Source: Phycisphaerae bacterium
GTDB taxonomy: Bacteria; Planctomycetota; Phycisphaerae; UBA1845
Direction of reading: 5' to 3'
Assembly (NCBI GenBank): GCA_963666835.2
Contig: CAXXGO010000006.1
Span: 896,001 to 960,000 of the forward strand
DNA: 64,000 nucleotides
Shown here: one piece after another, positions 60,254 through 64,000 of the stretch
How the letters are laid out: each line of letters starts with the position of its first letter
Numbering within the stretch: position 1 is the first letter of the stretch
Program-made: the position numbers and the translations under genes
Notes under the pieces: generated by a model
The model's input: only the letters and a program-made list of their open reading frames with translations
What the model was told of the DNA's origin: nothing
Databases searched by the model: none

Positions 60254-61123
60254 TCATGCGGATCGGCCGGGTTGGGGCAAGCGCCGCCGGGTGATCTCGA
60301 CGGCCTGCACGTTGGCATCGCATCCGAGCCAACGCCGGTTCAAGCGGTGTGCCACCGCCAGCGCCGTTCCGCTGCCGCAGAAGAAATCACCGACCACATC
60401 TCCTTCGTTGGAACCGGCGCGGATGATCCGCTCGAGCAAGGCCTCCGGCTTCTGGGTCGGGTATCCGGTTCTTTCCTTGGCGACCGTAGAGAGAAACGGG
60501 ATATCCCAGACATCCGTCAGTTCCGGTCCCTCGGGGTGGAACTTGAGGGGGCCGTTCCGCGTGGACTTGTAGGGGGTACCATCTGCAGCGGTCTTCAGAC
60601 CACGTGTGCGGTATGATCCTCCGCGAAGCCGGTTGAACGTCTGCCGACCGGCCTGCCGGGCGTATGCCAGGATCGTGTCGTGTTTGCGAGCGAACCACTG
60701 CCCGCAGCGCCCGCCACTGCGGTATTGCCAGATGATCTCGTTCAGGAACTGTTCCGGGCCGCAGATCTCATCCAACATCACCTTGACATAATGCACCGTA
60801 CGCCAATCAAGATGAACGTAAAGGCACCCATGTGGAGAGAGCAGGCGGAACATCTCCGCCAAGCGGGGGCGGAGGAACTCCAGGTATCCGGCGACACCGC
60901 GCCCGTGCCGGTCATCGAACGTGACGCCCGGCCGGTCTGCGGCAACGTGCACGCGATTGCAGTTAAACGGCGGGTCGGCGTAGATGAGATCGCAGCAACC
61001 AGTCTCCAGCGTTTCCATGAACGCCAGATTATCCGCGGCAACGACCCTGCCCAAAGGAGCTGAAAGGGGGCTTGGCCGGTCCGCCAACGGAAGGACGTGG
61101 CTCGGTGATTGACCGCTGCTCAA
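60254..61123 (-). CDS. Orphan N6/N4 DNA methyltransferase (beta class)
   Basis: IYADPPF precedes YPTQKP and DFFCGSGT; no adjacent endonuclease. Confidence 0.88.
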   Translation of the reverse strand: MSSGQSPSHVLPLADRPSPLSAPLGRVVAADNLAFMETLETGCCDLIYADPPFNCNRVHVAADRPGVTFDDRHGRGVAGYLEFLRPRLAEMFRLLSPHGCLYVHLDWRTVHYVKVMLDEICGPEQFLNEIIWQYRSGGRCGQWFARKHDTILAYARQAGRQTFNRLRGGSYRTRGLKTAADGTPYKSTRNGPLKFHPEGPELTDVWDIPFLSTVAKERTGYPTQKPEALLERIIRAGSNEGDVVGDFFCGSGTALAVAHRLNRRWLGCDANVQAVEITRRRLPQPGRSA

Positions 61124-61830
61124 ACGACCTCGCTCGGCCCAACTTTGCGCGGGTCAATCTCCAGCGCTTCCATGCGGCGGTATAGCCTGCTCCGAGAGAT
61201 TCCGAGCAGCCGCGCCGCCAGGGTTCGTTGGCCGTTTGCCCGACTGAGAGCATTGAGAATCTCGCGCTTTTCAATGCCGGTCAGGATTCGATCCAACGAA
61301 CCGATCCCATCTCCGTCTTGGGAATCGCCGCCGCCCATCTCTCCCACATCCGCACCGGTCAACGGGGAGCAGATTCCAACAGATCCTCCCGTGTTGCCGC
61401 CGGACGCACCATGTAGTTCGTTTTCCATCTTCTTGGCTTCCGTTATTTCTCGGACTATCCCCACGATGCACGTTACGTTGCTATCGCTATCGTAAATGGC
61501 CGAGTATGTAGTCTCGATCCAGATATGATGCCCTTCGCGATGTCGGACGCATAGCCGTTGCCGTACAGCCGGTCGGTCGCCTTTGAAAATCGGGGTGCTC
61601 GGGCAGAGGGCTCCGACCAACGCTTTACCCTGGCCTTCGCGACCACCAGGACCCTCGCGTCCCGCGCTATGGTTTCCAAGCACCGCAGTGCGCGGGTATC
61701 CGGTGATCCGTTCCAGACTCTCCGAGAAGAGAACGAAGTTGCGGTTGCGATCGATCATGAACAGCCCGTCTTCCGAGTTGGAAAGCAGGTCGCCCAATGC
61801 GATTTCGCACACGTCGCCACCTGTAATCAT
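61120..61830 (-). CDS. PAS domain + Fis-type HTH protein
   Basis: PAS/PAC (ERITGY, GIVREIT) and AARLLGISRSRLYRRM, with no AAA+ domain. Confidence 0.8.
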   Translation of the reverse strand: MITGGDVCEIALGDLLSNSEDGLFMIDRNRNFVLFSESLERITGYPRTAVLGNHSAGREGPGGREGQGKALVGALCPSTPIFKGDRPAVRQRLCVRHREGHHIWIETTYSAIYDSDSNVTCIVGIVREITEAKKMENELHGASGGNTGGSVGICSPLTGADVGEMGGGDSQDGDGIGSLDRILTGIEKREILNALSRANGQRTLAARLLGISRSRLYRRMEALEIDPRKVGPSEVV

Positions 61831-62082
61831 AGCGAAGCCCCTGTTTGTTCAGTGTACATCCGCGATTTATGTCTTGCCCGATAACCGTTGGACCTGTCCG
61901 AAGGATTATAGCGCGCTTGTGTCAGAAAGCCAACGGGGGAAAACCCCCAATTGTTCCGGCCCAGCAACATGTAGGCGCAAACAGAACGTCGGGCTCCCCC
62001 GGTCCGTTTCTCCTTGCCGCTTCAGCGATGGAGTCTCGCGCGCTATCCTCCGCGGGGGGCGTGCAACGCGAGCACTGCCCCG

Positions 62083-63084
62083 TTAATTATGCCAGTAAGA
62101 AAGGACGCGATCAACCTCACTTTTACCTCCGATAATCAGCGAGGTGCGCTCGTGCAGGGCAGTTGGCTCCTTGTCGAGAATCCGCTGTGTTCCGTCGGTC
62201 GCCGCCCCACCGGCCTGCTCGGCCAGAAACGCCAACGGGTTGGCTTCATAGAGAAGCCGCAACTTTCCACCAGGGGCCTTCTTGGTCGGCGGATAAAGGA
62301 ACACGCCTCCCTTGAGCAACGTTCGGTGGAAGTCGGCCACCAACGAACCAATGTACCGAAGGCTGGAGCCCGCCTCATCAGTCTTGCACCAATCGAGATA
62401 GTCTTGTACGCCTTTGGGGAACTGCGTCCGATATGCTTCGTTAACGCTGTACGTCTTCCCACCTGACGGCATCTTCACATGTTCCTGGCTCAGGCGATAA
62501 GCCCCGATCGAAGGATCGAGAGTAAACATGTGAACGCCGTCCCCGGTCGTGTAGGCCATGACCGTACTGCTGCCGTACACCATATACCCCGCAGCGACCT
62601 GCCTGTACCCTGGCTGCAATATATGATCCATAACCTTCCCGGAGTCGACTCCCTCCCTGCGTTGGAGCACTGAGAAAATCGTCCCGATTGAAACGTTGAC
62701 ATCAATGTTGCTGGATCCGTCCAACGGGTCAAACAGTACGATGTACCTTGCTTCACCTTCCAGTTCTTTGATTATCGTGGGTTCGTCATCCTCTTCGGAC
62801 ACCATGATCCCGACGTTACCGCGATAGCCCAAGCAGGCCATGATGGTCTCGTTGGCGATCACGTCGAGCTTCTGGACATCTTCACCCTGGACATTGGTCT
62901 TGCCGGCCGAGCCCAGCACGTCACGTAGGCCCGCCCGCCGAACGTGGTCGGAGATCACTTTGGTTGCGAGGGTAATCCCAGAGAGCAGCCAACTGAACTC
63001 TCCGCTAGCCCCCGGATGGTGCAGTCGCTGCCGCTCAATGATATGCTGCTGAACCGTCACGATCTTCGGAGTCATGACTGACAT
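62083..63084 (-). CDS. fbp: Class I fructose-1,6-bisphosphatase
   Basis: SEE, FDPLDGSSN, RYIGSLVAD and GKLRLLYEANP. Confidence 0.96.
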   Translation of the reverse strand: MSVMTPKIVTVQQHIIERQRLHHPGASGEFSWLLSGITLATKVISDHVRRAGLRDVLGSAGKTNVQGEDVQKLDVIANETIMACLGYRGNVGIMVSEEDDEPTIIKELEGEARYIVLFDPLDGSSNIDVNVSIGTIFSVLQRREGVDSGKVMDHILQPGYRQVAAGYMVYGSSTVMAYTTGDGVHMFTLDPSIGAYRLSQEHVKMPSGGKTYSVNEAYRTQFPKGVQDYLDWCKTDEAGSSLRYIGSLVADFHRTLLKGGVFLYPPTKKAPGGKLRLLYEANPLAFLAEQAGGAATDGTQRILDKEPTALHERTSLIIGGKSEVDRVLSYWHN

Positions 63085-63500
63085 ATTCGCGTTCTCCTAA
63101 TGGCTTCTGCGACCCTGTGTGGCGAGTCCCTCGACACGGCCAAGTATAATCATAACACGTTCGAGCCCCCGGTTACAAACACGAATCACGTTGCGGTGTG
63201 GTCGATGCGAACGGCACCCGCGCTGCCGGAGCCCGGTTGGCTCTGCCACGCGGGGCTCTTCGCCGGGGTCCTCCGTTGTGGTGCAGGGTGCTTCCGGATG
63301 GGCGGCTGACGTTTCTCACCGCAGAGGCTGTCGATTCCGACGCTGTGAGGCGTTTCCAACGGCTCCAGGCCGCCCCGGAAGGTAATCAACAGGCCGGCAT
63401 GGCGTTGCCTTGACTTTTGTCGCCGGCAGGACAATCCTCGGGGCAAGCGGGCGTGTTGGGCAGCCGGATCACCGGCACAGGTAAGATGGGAGTCTACGAC

Positions 63501-64000
63501 ATGGCGGGCGACGGTGGGTGGTACTACGTGCGGAATGGGCAAACGATGGGCCCTATGTCCCTTGCAGAGGTCATTGCAGCCCTTCCGGGAGCAGATGGGC
63601 CTGAGACCCCGGTGTGGGGACCCGGAATCCCGGATTGGACGGCCGCCAAACACGTAGCGGCACTCGGGGCGGGCGGAGCGCGCCCGGTTGGTCCTCCGCC
63701 ACGGCTCGCTAAGACCCGTGTTGCGGATGAGATCGACTACGAGATCTACGGTGACGACATGCAGTTCGTGGAGGTCACCCTCGATCCCAACGAGGTGGTT
63801 GTGGCCGAAGCCGGCGGCATGATGTACATGACCGAGGGAATCAAGATGGAGACGGTCTTCGGGGACCCCGGCAAGCAGCAGGGCTTTCTGGGGAAGGTCC
63901 TCGACGCCGGCAAGAGGGTGGTCACCGGCGAGTCACTGTTCTTAACGACGTTCGGAGCGGTGAGCCGCCGGCGCGAGCAAGTGGCGTTCGCCGCACCATA
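63501..64000 (+). CDS. GYF-domain + AIM24/TIGR00266 family protein (partial)
   Basis: Translated by hand: WYYVRNGQTMGP...W...W, then DEIDYEIYGDDMQFVEVTLDP..AEAGGMMYM..GESLFLT. Open to the window end. Confidence 0.85.
   Translation, partial: MAGDGGWYYVRNGQTMGPMSLAEVIAALPGADGPETPVWGPGIPDWTAAKHVAALGAGGARPVGPPPRLAKTRVADEIDYEIYGDDMQFVEVTLDPNEVVVAEAGGMMYMTEGIKMETVFGDPGKQQGFLGKVLDAGKRVVTGESLFLTTFGAVSRRREQVAFAAP

Noticed and set aside
60254..61123. Restriction-modification system
   Set aside because: No endonuclease or specificity gene is adjacent.
1..64000. Genome-wide UGA reassignment as the explanation for the in-frame TGAs
   Set aside because: Many well-conserved genes here end at TGA at their expected C-termini, and Trp is encoded by TGG. 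Only two TGAs fall at Cys-equivalent positions with downstream hairpins.

Overview
GC-rich bacterial DNA that most resembles Planctomycetota, probably Phycisphaerae. This is inferred from prepilin-type/H-X9-DG proteins, a PEP-CTERM protein, dockerin-like surface proteins and PQQ-like propellers. The core genes are tdh-kbl, a YhaO/YhaN (SbcCD-like) pair, nfnAB, a sigma-54 two-component system ahead of a Tat-FeS/NrfD/13-heme cytochrome module, a 2-oxoacid:ferredoxin oxidoreductase operon continuing into HydABC/Bfu-type bifurcation genes, fur, cdsA-phoH-HD-ybeY-corC and fbp. The main result is two secreted, dockerin-bearing genes that the ORF track truncates. Each has a signal peptide, a single in-frame TGA at a Cys-equivalent position and a SECIS-like hairpin just downstream, so both are probable selenoproteins. 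One (58358-59899) has a thioredoxin-like UxxC motif. The other (14865-15626) has a U-P-L-x-H motif, and its Cys paralogue lies in the same operon. That operon follows a Zur-like box and a His/CxxC/RAPP leader ORF, suggesting a metal-regulated surface metal-capture system that uses selenocysteine. Intergenic regions are rich in REP/MITE-like repeats, including a 103-bp inverted pair bracketing the oxidoreductase-Bfu operon.
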